From: a virus
Lineage: Duplodnaviria > Caudoviricetes
Length of the DNA stretch: 64,000 bases
IMG/VR virus record: IMGVR_UViG_2622736592_000004
Location: 47,726-111,725 of that record
Strand: one strand, 5' to 3'
This document shows, one piece after another, positions 17,912 to 27,546 of this stretch. A model generated the notes under the pieces. The model saw only the letters and a list, made by a program, of their open reading frames with translations. It was not told the origin of the DNA and searched no databases. The position numbers were made by a program, and so were the translations under genes. Position 1 is the stretch's first letter. Each line of letters starts with the position of its first letter.

Positions 17912-20158
17912 TCAGTTACCCCCGGTCGTGGCGGTCGGGCCGTCGAGGGCAGCCATCTGGCGCTCCCACTCGGCGTCCAGGTCGACGGTGGTGTCCGCGC
18001 TGCCGGTGTAGCCGGACATGGCGACGGGAACAGCGGTGCCGGCGGCGATGGAAGCGAGGACGCGGGTGACAACGCCGGGGGCGTCGTCGTAGTCCTTCTC
18101 CCACTTCTCCCGGTCGGCGGGGGTGAACTTGCCGAGCCGCTGCGCCTCGTCGAGGACGGACGCCTTGACGGTGGCGGTCTTCTCCGCCTCGGCGGCGGCG
18201 AGCTTCGCGGACATGGTCTGCACCTGGGAGGCGAGAACGTTGACTTCCTTGCGGAGCTCGTCGTTCTCGGCCTTCGCGGAGGCGGCGACCTGCTCGGTGT
18301 CGGGCTGGGCGGTGGCCTGGGTGTGGAGGGCGTCGAGCGCGGCCATGACGGCGTTGTCGTCGGCGTCCTCTGCCAGGCCGAGCCGGGAGCGCACGTCGGT
18401 GCTCAGAGTGGACACAGGGTCCTCTCCTTCCTTCGGTTCGGTGAATGGTGCGGGCTCCGGCTCGGCGGCCGGGAGTTCAGGTGCCGGGACGATCTCCGGC
18501 GGGGTGATGTCGGGGGCCGGTTCGGCAGGCGGCGTGACCGTGTCCGGGCCTGCGGGCGTGTCGGCGGGCTGCGGGGCGGGCCGGGACTCGTCGCGGGACG
18601 CGAACACCATCCGCGCCGCCGCCACCGGCTCGTCGGCCGGCACATACGCGGGACGCACCCGCTCGGGCGCACCGAAGCGGATGCTGTCGCCGTCCACGGA
18701 CACCGGCACACGAACCAGCGACCGGTCCGTGTTGTCCATGACGATGACCTCGTCTTCGGCGGCCTCCACAACCCACTGCTGCTCCGGCGGCTTCGACGCG
18801 TTCCACGCCTCGTGGATGCGCTCCACCAACCCCGGCGTCGGGTTAGGCATCAGTTCTCCATTCCTTCCGTCCGAGGCGTGAACCCCCCGGTTACGCCGGT
18901 CACCCGGCCAGTAGCCGTACCGGTCGTGGAACCAGGCGGCGGCGATGCGTTTCGCTCTCTCCGGTGACACGTGGTGGCGCAGGTGCTTGTACAGGTCCGT
19001 CCACGTCGTCCACCGGGCCAGGCCCTTCCCGAGCCAAAACCGTTTGAGCTGGTTTTCATCGGCTGCCGCCATCACCGGGTCGCCGGTGGTGTCCCCGTAG
19101 TCGGCGGGCAGCGGCTCCGGTTCGGTGAGTAGCGGAATGTCGAGGCGTTCACCGGCGAACGCGATCCGCACCCGGTCGAACACGACCGGGCCGGTCCGGT
19201 CGTACAGCGCCGCGAGTTGGGTGGGGTCGGCCGTGTAGGTGAGGGTCAGGTGGGCGTTCCACGGGGCGTGTTGGTCAGGCAGGTCCAGGCCGGCGAGCGC
19301 GTCGGCGACAAGCCGGTGGACGACTTCCAGGTCGGCTCCGGACATGCCGAGCACGGTGCACGGTTCTCGTTCGCTGCTGCCCGGGTTGAACAGGGCGAGG
19401 CTGAACCCGTCGGCGTTGGCGGTGGGCATGCCGTCGACTGCTCCGGCGACGGCGGCGATGATGTCTTGCCGCGCGGCAGGGGTGAGGTCGACGGCGTCAC
19501 CGAGGTAGGCGAGGGTGACGTGGAGTTCGTCAGCGGGTTCCCCGCCGTCAACTGCCAGCCGGGCGGCGTCTTCGGCGGTGGGGATCAGCGCCACCATCGC
19601 CCCGGTGTGGGCCGGCGGATCATCGTCGGCGGCAGCGCGCACTGAGGCGACGATGCGCACCTCACCGGCTGCCGGATCCCGATGCGCCGCCGCGACCCCG
19701 TAGAGGGCTTTGACGTCGTTGAGGCTGGACAGGGTCGACACCCCGGGCGGGGTGACACCGAGCAGCGCCACCGCAGTCAACACGAACGGATGCGTGTGCC
19801 CAATACCGCACCGATAGTTGTAGGTGCCCTCCACCGACCGGTTCGGCCACGCGGCGGCCTGCACCCCGGTCAACCACGACGGCGCGACCTGGTCACCGAC
19901 GAGGGTGTGGCCGCCGTCGGCGGTGCGAAGGTTCTCGTACCAGCCGATCGCCGGTTCCCCATCGCCGGGGGTGAACCGCTTGTCGGTGTGCCCGATCTTG
20001 ATGATGGGCTTGCCGATGGCCGGGCACGACAGGGCGGCGACGGCGGCGGCGATGTCCTGCCGGGATGCCCGCCACGTGCCGGTGCTGATCTGCCAGGTGC
20101 CGGTGCGGACGAGTTCCACCCCGTCGCGGCGGGCCATCTGCACGGTGTCGGTGGGCAT
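17912..20158 (-). CDS. Prohead protease/scaffold polyprotein with an internal 2H phosphoesterase
   Basis: Mu gpI-like protease N-terminus ('GHTD','PAIGW','RSVE','LTAVALLGVTPP'); HVT and HLT motifs; coiled-coil scaffold C-terminus; start 20158 or 20164. Confidence 0.8.
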   Translation of the reverse strand: MPTDTVQMARRDGVELVRTGTWQISTGTWRASRQDIAAAVAALSCPAIGKPIIKIGHTDKRFTPGDGEPAIGWYENLRTADGGHTLVGDQVAPSWLTGVQAAAWPNRSVEGTYNYRCGIGHTHPFVLTAVALLGVTPPGVSTLSSLNDVKALYGVAAAHRDPAAGEVRIVASVRAAADDDPPAHTGAMVALIPTAEDAARLAVDGGEPADELHVTLAYLGDAVDLTPAARQDIIAAVAGAVDGMPTANADGFSLALFNPGSSEREPCTVLGMSGADLEVVHRLVADALAGLDLPDQHAPWNAHLTLTYTADPTQLAALYDRTGPVVFDRVRIAFAGERLDIPLLTEPEPLPADYGDTTGDPVMAAADENQLKRFWLGKGLARWTTWTDLYKHLRHHVSPERAKRIAAAWFHDRYGYWPGDRRNRGVHASDGRNGELMPNPTPGLVERIHEAWNASKPPEQQWVVEAAEDEVIVMDNTDRSLVRVPVSVDGDSIRFGAPERVRPAYVPADEPVAAARMVFASRDESRPAPQPADTPAGPDTVTPPAEPAPDITPPEIVPAPELPAAEPEPAPFTEPKEGEDPVSTLSTDVRSRLGLAEDADDNAVMAALDALHTQATAQPDTEQVAASAKAENDELRKEVNVLASQVQTMSAKLAAAEAEKTATVKASVLDEAQRLGKFTPADREKWEKDYDDAPGVVTRVLASIAAGTAVPVAMSGYTGSADTTVDLDAEWERQMAALDGPTATTGGN

Positions 20159-20168
20159 GGTCACCGCA

Positions 20169-20444
20169 TCACACCCGCTCGGGCCAATGCCACGTGCCGC
20201 CCTGGTGGTTGTCCTCCGACTGGGGGCAGCGGTTGAAGAACAGACCGGTGGGGTTGAGCACGACCAGGTCGACCACGACGGCGTCGGAGTCCCATTCCTC
20301 GGCACGATCGGGGTCGGCGACGGGCAACGCGCCGACCGGTACTCCGGCGACGATCGCGGCCCGGCACTGGCTGGTGTACTCGCCACCAGGCGTGCCATAG
20401 CTGACGTAGTGCACGATGCGGCCGACGCTCGGCTGCTGACTCAC
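20169..20444 (-). CDS. Small phage protein 'PSVGRIVHY...WHWPERV'
   Basis: Recognisable small actinophage family; SD GGAG. Confidence 0.7.
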   Translation of the reverse strand: MSQQPSVGRIVHYVSYGTPGGEYTSQCRAAIVAGVPVGALPVADPDRAEEWDSDAVVVDLVVLNPTGLFFNRCPQSEDNHQGGTWHWPERV

Positions 20445-20547
20445 TGGCTCCTGCCTTCTGCTCGTCCCGTGCACGGCGAGGATCAGGGCGGCCACGGCGC
20501 TCTCCAGCGCGGTCAGCCGCCGTAGCACCGATTCGGGCACAGCGTTC

Positions 20548-22605
20548 CTAGTCGGGGATGACGGCGTAGAAGAAGCCCCGACACCTGTCCCGGCCTTCAC
20601 ACGCCCGGTACTTGCCGGTCGGGTAGTCGGCGAGCGCATCCGCGAACGTGTCGTATTCGCGGCCGTCCACCTGCCGACACGGCCCGCACGTGTTCAGGTC
20701 CAGCACCTCTGTGGCACGGAACCGGGTGCCGTCGGGCAGCTCACCCAACACCTGCTCGCGGCCCGCCGCTTGGGCGGTCGTCGCGGCAGCCGACAGGTTC
20801 CCGGCGACGAGGCCACCGTTCTTGGCGGTGGACAGGTCGGTGAGCGCAGCCCGCACAGCGTCACCCACCACGTTGGGGTCGATGCTGTTGCCGGCGTGAG
20901 CCAAAGCGACCCGGGCGGCGGCGTTCGCATACCCGGACACGATCACGTCGGTGACGGCGCGGGCGGTCTGCCGGATCCGCTGCTCCCGCTCCGGGCTCAG
21001 CGCAGCCGGCATCCGGGCCAGTGGTGCCGCCTCCTTGGCTGCCCCGGCAGCCGACTTGCCGGCCAAGTCCAGCATTCCGGCGGCGACGATCGCGGCAAGC
21101 CCGGCGGTGACGGCGGCCGGAACAGCCAGCGCACCCAACCCGACGATCATGCCCCCGGCGACCTCCGCGACGGCAGCAGCAACGAGGACATCCACCAGCG
21201 GCGACGACTGCTCCTCCCACTGGGCGGTCATGTCGGCGACGGCCTGCTCATGCTGGGCGGCAACCGTCGTGTAGTCGACTGGGTCACCGGGCTGCGGCGC
21301 GGCAGCCGCTACCTTGTCGGCAGGCTGCCCTGCCCTGCCAGGCTCCGTTCCGACGGTTGGGCGGGGCGGCGTACGAGGCGGTGCAGGCTCCGGGGTTGTC
21401 TGCTGTGTGCGTTCCGGCAGCCGATACTCCCGGCGCACCCACGCCTCCAACGCCGGATCCGCCGACAGGGCACCCGACGTCAACAGCAGTTGCAGCGACT
21501 CGGCCGTCACCTCACGCCGCGACCCGACACCAGACACCACCACACGGGGCACCGGCTCGTCTTCGCCCCAATTCCAGTCCACAACCCGCGCGACAGCCTG
21601 CCTGGTTGCGGTGTCGGCGATCTGCTCGCCGATCGACTCCAACGCAAGCGTCCACGAGTCGATGAACGCGCCACCCAACGACCGGGAGCCGCTGTCGGTG
21701 GAACCCAAATCCATGTGCTGCATGAGCACACTGCGGGACATTTCCTGGTTGAGGAACTTGATGAACCCGAGCGTGTCCGGCACCGACCCCGACAGGCCCA
21801 CGATCTTCATCGTGAACCCGGGCGGGGTGGCCGCACCCGCCTGATCCCCGGCACGGGCAGCCGACATCATGCGCTGCGCCGACGCCAACTGCTCAGGCGA
21901 CGGGTTCGTGCCCGGCAGCGCCTCAGCGACCGGCACCCCCGCACCCCACCGCCGGTTTGAAATGGCGTTGACCCGCATCATCTCCCGCTTGATCAGCCAA
22001 GCGGCGTAAGCGGGACGCAGCAGCGACGTGCCCTGCCACGACGCGCCCTCCCGGTCGTGGCAGTACCAGACGAGCCGCTCGGCCGGGATCTGCGGCGACT
22101 GATCCCCGCGCATCACCAACTGGTCGATGCCGAGCAGCGCGCCGGTCTTCGGGTCGGCGTGGATCTCCGCGATCGTGCCCGGGATCCGTTCCGCCAACAC
22201 GTTCAGGCGGGCACGGCCCCCCGACACGTCGGCTGCCAACTCGAACCCGTAATGCCCCCACACGAGGCACAGCAGCGCCGACCGCAGATGCTCAGACCAC
22301 GACACGCCCTGCCGGCGGAACGCCGACGGCCGGTCATCGCCGGCAACCGGCAACCCTAGGCAGTCGGCGACGAACCGGGTGACCTCCGGCCGACATCCGG
22401 TGCCGTCCAACTGCCACTGGGCGCGACGCAGTTGCAGGGTGTACCCGCCGAGCACACCCGCCAACTGCGGGTCGCGGCGCATCTGCGCGTACACCTCCAC
22501 CGACCCCGGATACACGAGGTCGGGCACCGATTCGTACACGTCGTTGACGAGGGTGCCGTACTGTCGGTCGTCGACCATGCCGAGAAGGCGGGTGGGGGCA
22601 GACAC
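20548..22605 (-). CDS. Portal protein (DUF935/Mu gp29-like) fused to a MuF-like domain
   Basis: Follows the terminase; 'GTSLLRPAY..W..K' portal motif; C-terminal 'CGPC...CEGRDRCRG'. Confidence 0.85.
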   Translation of the reverse strand: MSAPTRLLGMVDDRQYGTLVNDVYESVPDLVYPGSVEVYAQMRRDPQLAGVLGGYTLQLRRAQWQLDGTGCRPEVTRFVADCLGLPVAGDDRPSAFRRQGVSWSEHLRSALLCLVWGHYGFELAADVSGGRARLNVLAERIPGTIAEIHADPKTGALLGIDQLVMRGDQSPQIPAERLVWYCHDREGASWQGTSLLRPAYAAWLIKREMMRVNAISNRRWGAGVPVAEALPGTNPSPEQLASAQRMMSAARAGDQAGAATPPGFTMKIVGLSGSVPDTLGFIKFLNQEMSRSVLMQHMDLGSTDSGSRSLGGAFIDSWTLALESIGEQIADTATRQAVARVVDWNWGEDEPVPRVVVSGVGSRREVTAESLQLLLTSGALSADPALEAWVRREYRLPERTQQTTPEPAPPRTPPRPTVGTEPGRAGQPADKVAAAAPQPGDPVDYTTVAAQHEQAVADMTAQWEEQSSPLVDVLVAAAVAEVAGGMIVGLGALAVPAAVTAGLAAIVAAGMLDLAGKSAAGAAKEAAPLARMPAALSPEREQRIRQTARAVTDVIVSGYANAAARVALAHAGNSIDPNVVGDAVRAALTDLSTAKNGGLVAGNLSAAATTAQAAGREQVLGELPDGTRFRATEVLDLNTCGPCRQVDGREYDTFADALADYPTGKYRACEGRDRCRGFFYAVIPD

Positions 22606-22621
22606 GGTTCACCCCCGACGG

Positions 22622-24217
22622 CTACAGCGGTACAGATTCCAAGTCGAGTTCCGGCGGGTCCGCCCGTGACGGCGGCGGGGGAGCGGGTGCTGCTCTTGTG
22701 ATCGCCACCCGCACCGCGTAGGCGAGGGTGTCCACCTGGTCGTCGTGTGCGCCGTTCGGGAACGCCGCGCACTCGTCCACCCAACTCTTGACCCACCACG
22801 CACCCGCAGGAAGCCACACCCGGCCGTTCGAACACCACGCCGACGCCGGCAGCGCCCGCGTCAACTTGTCCTGCTCCGCCTGCAACGGGGTGATCGGGAT
22901 ACCCGCGTTAGCGGCCTCCCGCACCAACGTCATGCCGTGCTGGGTGGCCTCCACGAACAGGGTGTCCAGCTGCCACCGCTCCACCAGCGGCAGGGCGTGA
23001 GCGAAGTGGTCGGCCTCCCCGATGCGGGCACGGACCCTATCCAGCAACACCAGGTCACCGGAGATGGTGCGCGCCCACGCGGAGATGACCGTCCAGTCCG
23101 CCGACGTCTTCGTAGACGCGGCCAGGTCGACGGTGGCGAACCGCCAACAGTCCGCCAGCCGAAACGACCGCATGCCCAAGCTGAGCATGCCGCCCGGCTG
23201 CGGCGACCAGTACCGCCACCAGATCCGCTTGAACAGGTTGCCCTCAGCCGGCGCGGGCCGCTGCTGGTACAGGGCGGCGAACACATACTCGCCGACAGCC
23301 TTACGGATCGCCTTCCAATCCCGGTCACCCCGGGCGGAGATCATCCCTTCGCCGGCCTTCCGGCCGAGGACGTCGTTGTCGTCCTCAGCGACGGCGGGAA
23401 TCGACACGACCCGCCACCGGCCGCCGTTCTTCCGGTCGCCTTCGTTGGCGAGGATCTGCCGGATCGGCTCCGACTCGTGCCAGCACGTTTGGATCCACGC
23501 CATCCGGGCCCCCGGGCCAAGACGAGGAACCATCGCCGACTGGTAGACGGACATGGCCTTGTCGCGGATTTTCTCCGACTGCGCCTCAGCCATGTTCTTG
23601 AGCGGGTCGTCCACGAGGATGACGTCGCCGGCTTTACCGGTGATCGATCCGTTGATGCCAGCGCAGTACACCGACCCGCGATGCCCGGCAATGTTCCACC
23701 GGCCGGCAGCGCGAGAGTCTTTCCGCAGCCGCAACCCGAGGTCGACGGTGCCCTCGTCGCCCGACCAGCGTTCCAACGCGTCCTTGATCTCGCCGCCCCA
23801 CCGGCGGGCCATCTCGTCGCTGTACGACACGATGAGCACCCGCAGGTCCGGGTTGACGCAGGTGAGCAGCCACAGCGGAAACCAGAAGGAGACGGTCGTC
23901 GACTTGCCCTCTTGCGGGCTCATGAACGCGGCGAACCGGGTTTCCCGACCTTCGGCCAGGTCGACGAGCGCCGTGTTGATGAGTTCCAGGGCGGGGGTGC
24001 GCCACACCCCGACCCGTTCGCCGTTCTCGTCGAGACGTGGCGGGTCGAGTGAGGTGGCCATGTCCAGCGGCGACGGCCACCGGCGACGGTTCGCGTCGAC
24101 TTTCCGCCGCGCCTCGGCGGTGCGCCGCTGCTCCTTCTCCGCCTTCAACCGGCGCAGCTCGACAAGTTTCGCCAGTTTCACCTGCCGAAGTGTCGGCGGA
24201 TCAGCTACGACGGTCAC
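22622..24217 (-). CDS. terL: Terminase large subunit
   Basis: Walker A 'PQEGKS', Walker B 'ILVDDP', 'ALYQQRP', nuclease 'VDLA...HDDQVD'. Confidence 0.95.
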   Translation of the reverse strand: MTVVADPPTLRQVKLAKLVELRRLKAEKEQRRTAEARRKVDANRRRWPSPLDMATSLDPPRLDENGERVGVWRTPALELINTALVDLAEGRETRFAAFMSPQEGKSTTVSFWFPLWLLTCVNPDLRVLIVSYSDEMARRWGGEIKDALERWSGDEGTVDLGLRLRKDSRAAGRWNIAGHRGSVYCAGINGSITGKAGDVILVDDPLKNMAEAQSEKIRDKAMSVYQSAMVPRLGPGARMAWIQTCWHESEPIRQILANEGDRKNGGRWRVVSIPAVAEDDNDVLGRKAGEGMISARGDRDWKAIRKAVGEYVFAALYQQRPAPAEGNLFKRIWWRYWSPQPGGMLSLGMRSFRLADCWRFATVDLAASTKTSADWTVISAWARTISGDLVLLDRVRARIGEADHFAHALPLVERWQLDTLFVEATQHGMTLVREAANAGIPITPLQAEQDKLTRALPASAWCSNGRVWLPAGAWWVKSWVDECAAFPNGAHDDQVDTLAYAVRVAITRAAPAPPPPSRADPPELDLESVPL

Positions 24218-24239
24218 CGGTGTCCTCCCCGGCGTGTGG

Positions 24240-24752
24240 CTACTCCTGCGGCACCGACGTTGCCGGCTGCTCGTCGAGTTCAGCGGACAGCTTTGCGATC
24301 TCCGCATCCAACGCGTCGATGGTGATGGCTTCCACCTTCGTGGGGGCATCCAAGCCGAGGAATTTGGCCCGCCGCTCTTGGATCTTCAACACCCGGTCGA
24401 TGGCGGCGAGCGTCGGCCCGTCGTCGATGAGCGGCTGGTCGGTGTCCTCGTCGCGGATGACCCGCCCGTGGGACACGGTGACGTGCTGCCGTTTGAGGAC
24501 AGCCCACGCTTCGGCGAGCAGCAGGTCGAGGCGCTGTAGTTCTTCTTCCCGGTATATGTCGGTGGCGCGGGTCTGTTCGGCGATGGCGGCTTCGAGCGCG
24601 CGGGTTACGTCTTGGCATGCCGCGCCGCGCGAGCTGTAGCCGAGGGCGTCGGCGATGGCTTGGAAGCTGGCACCGGTCATGCGCATGGCCACGGCCTCGG
24701 CGCGTCGTTTGGCGACTTGCGCGCGTTGGGCTTTGGAGGCGGCCACGTTCAC
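24240..24752 (-). CDS. terS: Terminase small subunit
   Basis: N-terminal HTH 'FQAIADALGY', 'ERRAKFLGLDAP'; upstream of terL. Confidence 0.85.
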   Translation of the reverse strand: MNVAASKAQRAQVAKRRAEAVAMRMTGASFQAIADALGYSSRGAACQDVTRALEAAIAEQTRATDIYREEELQRLDLLLAEAWAVLKRQHVTVSHGRVIRDEDTDQPLIDDGPTLAAIDRVLKIQERRAKFLGLDAPTKVEAITIDALDAEIAKLSAELDEQPATSVPQE

Positions 24753-24828
24753 ACGTCCTTTCGGGTCACGAGTGGTGTGGGCTGTCGCCCACCGCGCAGA
24801 CCGTGGGCTGCACCCTCGTGTGCCGGGT

Positions 24829-25053
24829 TCAGGTGTCGTGGTCGACGGCGATGAGGACGGTTTCGGTTGCGATCTGGTTGCCGCCGATGCTGTAGGGATG
24901 GCCGTCTTCGTTGAGGCGCGCCCTGACGACTTCGACGCCTCGGTGGTTGATGGTGACGCTGTGGAGGGTGTCGGGGTCGACGGGGTTGAGGCCGAGGTCC
25001 CGGAGGGAGGCGAGGATTTTGGTGGAGGGCACGCGGTGGGGGTCGTTGCTCAC
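24829..25053 (-). CDS. Hypothetical protein
   Basis: GTG start with SD AAGGAG. Confidence 0.6.
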   Translation of the reverse strand: MSNDPHRVPSTKILASLRDLGLNPVDPDTLHSVTINHRGVEVVRARLNEDGHPYSIGGNQIATETVLIAVDHDT

Positions 25054-25118
25054 GGGTGGCTCCTTCGGCGGGTGGTGTTCCCGGCCCGGGGCCACCCGCA
25101 TGTCCGGGCCGGGAACGT

Positions 25119-25334
25119 TCAGGGGGTCTGCTTGTCGCTGGCGGTTTCCTCGTGGACTTGCGAGGCAGTGAGTAGCGAAGCCGACTCGATGATGATGGCT
25201 AGGAAGGAGAGGCCGAGGACGACGGGTGGTTCGTCGCGGGCGAGCCAGAACGCGCAGAGGGGCCAGCCGGCGAGGGATCCGGCGAGTAGCGACCAGGCGG
25301 TGATGGTGCGGGCGCGGCGCATGCGGGCGGCCAT
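25119..25334 (-). CDS. Small two-TM membrane protein
   Basis: Two hydrophobic segments; first gene after the putative late promoter. Confidence 0.6.
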   Translation of the reverse strand: MAARMRRARTITAWSLLAGSLAGWPLCAFWLARDEPPVVLGLSFLAIIIESASLLTASQVHEETASDKQTP

Positions 25335-25356
25335 TGCGCCCCCTCGTGAATGCCGA

Positions 25357-25464
25357 ATGCCCGCCGAGCGTGGGGGCTCTGGCGGGCATTTGGAGGTTCG
25401 AAGTTGACCGAAGAGACACTTCGGGCGCTGGCGGGAGCGTACCTGTTGCGGTCTCCAAGAGCAA
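25357..25464 (-). promoter_or_regulatory. Putative late promoter with structured leader
   Basis: -35 TTGCTC (25464-25459), 17 bp, -10 TACGCT (25441-25436); downstream hairpins. Confidence 0.5.
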
Positions 25465-25872
25465 CTATGTGTTGGCGTGGGTGTCTTCTGCTTGTCGGTT
25501 GCGATCGCGGGGGCGGCCGTTTTGGAGGTTGCGGAGGTCGCCGACTCGGTATTTCCAGCCAGCCCCGGTGTCGTGGCCGTTGAGTCGGCCGGCGAGGCGG
25601 AGTCGGCGAATGTTGGCGGTGGAGGTGCAGAGGAAGTCGGCGGCGTCAGCTGGGTCGAGTAGGTCGTCGTCTTCTGCGGTGACGACGCGGGGGATGACCC
25701 AGGTTTCGCCGAACTGTTGGGCGGTGGCGTCGGCGTCGTCGCATGCGGTGGGGTTGAGGGCGCGGAGTCGGGCTCGGTACATCTGGGCGACTTTGCGGGC
25801 GCGGACGAGTGGGTTGTCGCCGGGGTGTGGCCACCGGTTGCGTCCGGGTTGCTGGTCGAGTTCAGGGTTCAC
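25465..25872 (-). CDS. DNA-binding protein with C-terminal Xis/MerR-like HTH
   Basis: 'LLDPADAADFLCTSTANIRRLRLAGRL...KYRVGDL'. Confidence 0.7.
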   Translation of the reverse strand: MNPELDQQPGRNRWPHPGDNPLVRARKVAQMYRARLRALNPTACDDADATAQQFGETWVIPRVVTAEDDDLLDPADAADFLCTSTANIRRLRLAGRLNGHDTGAGWKYRVGDLRNLQNGRPRDRNRQAEDTHANT

Positions 25873-26600
25873 GCGGCGGCTCCGGTGCGCTGCGGCCACA
25901 CGAGGTTGGTGACGTACTGCCGGTAGTCGTCGTGGGGCCAGGTGGCGTGGCAGTTGGCGCAGTACACGTCGCAGGGGTCGCCTTCGTCGCGGGGGTCGTC
26001 GCGGTGGAGTTCGTCGATGCCGCAGCCGGAGCAGGTGCCGGGTAGGTGGGTGGTGCGGTAGGTGCGGCCGAGCATGCCGCGTGCCCGCTGGTGGAGGTGT
26101 TGAAGGTGGTGGACGGCTTCCCAGCCGGTGACGTCGGTGGGGTCGTCGTTGGGGCCGGTGGGGTAGACGGCGGTGGCGGGTAGGCGGGCGAGGGTGTGGA
26201 GGTGTGCGGTGAGGGTGGTGGTGGCGCGTTGGATGTTGGGTCCGCCTCGCCGGATGGTGGGTGGGTCGGTGAGGTTGGCGGCGGCGCGGACTTCGGTTTC
26301 CCAGGTGACCGCCACGTGGACGATTTCGGCTTGTAGGGCTTCGGCGGCACCGTTGAGGGGCATGGGGGGTGCTGCTTTGCCGGTGGGTTGCATGTGGATG
26401 GCCTGCGACAGGCTGGGCGCTTGGAGTTGTTCGAGGTCGACGTAGTCGTAGACGAGTGCGCGGATGTCGCGTTCGGCTGCGGTGAGGCACGCGTCGCAGA
26501 GGGGCGTGCTGGTAGTGTCTGCGGGTTGGCGGGTGGCCGGGTTGTAGGCGCGGCACCGGGTGTCGGAGACGCAGTGTCCGGTGGGGGTGGTGTTGTGCAT
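25869..26600 (-). CDS. Zn-finger protein, possible late-gene regulator
   Basis: CxxC pairs at both ends; position before the late promoter. Confidence 0.55.
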   Translation of the reverse strand: MHNTTPTGHCVSDTRCRAYNPATRQPADTTSTPLCDACLTAAERDIRALVYDYVDLEQLQAPSLSQAIHMQPTGKAAPPMPLNGAAEALQAEIVHVAVTWETEVRAAANLTDPPTIRRGGPNIQRATTTLTAHLHTLARLPATAVYPTGPNDDPTDVTGWEAVHHLQHLHQRARGMLGRTYRTTHLPGTCSGCGIDELHRDDPRDEGDPCDVYCANCHATWPHDDYRQYVTNLVWPQRTGAAA

Positions 26601-26712
26601 GTGCTGGGTCTCCGATCAGGCGTGGGTACGCTTGGCGGTGACCTTCACGCGGGGGCGTGGGGTGGTTTGGGTGGCGGTCCGTTCTGGGGAGGGCGGGCCG
26701 CCACTGCCGTCT

Positions 26713-26976
26713 CTAGCTATGCCTGTTTCGTGTCAACCTGTCGCGGACGTTGTAGACCGCTTCGGTGGCCCGCCCCGCAGTTTCGCCTAGGGCCAGCACC
26801 CACCGGGGGGTTCGCGCCCGGTTGTAGGCGATTGTGTCGAGTAGGGGAGCGCACCGGGCGCAGGGGTTTTCGTCGGGGCATGTGTTTCCGTCGGGGTGCA
26901 CGCTGTCGCGGCGGACCATGGCTTTGAGCATCCCGAAGTAGTGGGTGGGCCATGAGTCGTTCTGGGTGCTGCTCAT
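26713..26976 (-). CDS. Hypothetical protein
   Basis: ATGA-coupled; Cys cluster. Confidence 0.55.
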   Translation of the reverse strand: MSSTQNDSWPTHYFGMLKAMVRRDSVHPDGNTCPDENPCARCAPLLDTIAYNRARTPRWVLALGETAGRATEAVYNVRDRLTRNRHS

Positions 26977-27173
26977 GGTGTCTCCATGATTCGCCGCCAG
27001 GTGGTGTGGCTGTCGGCGGTGAGCTGTTCGGGGGTGGGTGGGTTCGCGGCGTGCTGGTGGTCGCCGCCGGTCGGCCACACGGGGTGGACGGTGGGGTTGG
27101 GCTGGCTGAGCTGCTGGTCTTCGATGGTGTCGGCGGGTTCGATGCCGCACTGCCAGCAGCGCAGGTCAGTCAT
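26973..27173 (-). CDS. Hypothetical protein
   Basis: Coupled ORF starting MTDLRCWQC. Confidence 0.55.
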   Translation of the reverse strand: MTDLRCWQCGIEPADTIEDQQLSQPNPTVHPVWPTGGDHQHAANPPTPEQLTADSHTTWRRIMETP

Positions 27174-27546
27174 GCGGGATCCATTCGGGTTGGTATCCGG
27201 GCTCGGTCGAGAACGCGGCGGCGAGACTACGCACTGTGTGGCACGGGTAGTCGCGCCACGTCGCGTCGTAGGCGGGCGGGTCCGCGCAGACAGCACAGAC
27301 GGGCAGGATGCCTACCCGCTCGGGGGCGTGTTCGGTGAGGACGGCGCGCATGGCGTCGAGTTCGGCGAGCCGTTCGCGGCACATCTGCTCGGCTTTCGGC
27401 CAGTCGTGCCAGCCGGGGATGTGCTTGCCGAGCAGCTTCGGGTCTTGGAGGGTGAGGATGGTTTGCTGCGCCCAGTAGAGGAGTTCCCGGGTGCGGGTTT
27501 CGGCTGCGGTGATCTGCTGGTCGAGCCACGGCGCAAGTTCGGTCAC
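27166..27546 (-). CDS. DUF6221-like protein (copy 3)
   Basis: 'WLDQQI...CAVC...PCHTVRSLAAAFSTEPGYQPEW'. Confidence 0.75.
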   Translation of the reverse strand: MTELAPWLDQQITAAETRTRELLYWAQQTILTLQDPKLLGKHIPGWHDWPKAEQMCRERLAELDAMRAVLTEHAPERVGILPVCAVCADPPAYDATWRDYPCHTVRSLAAAFSTEPGYQPEWIPHD

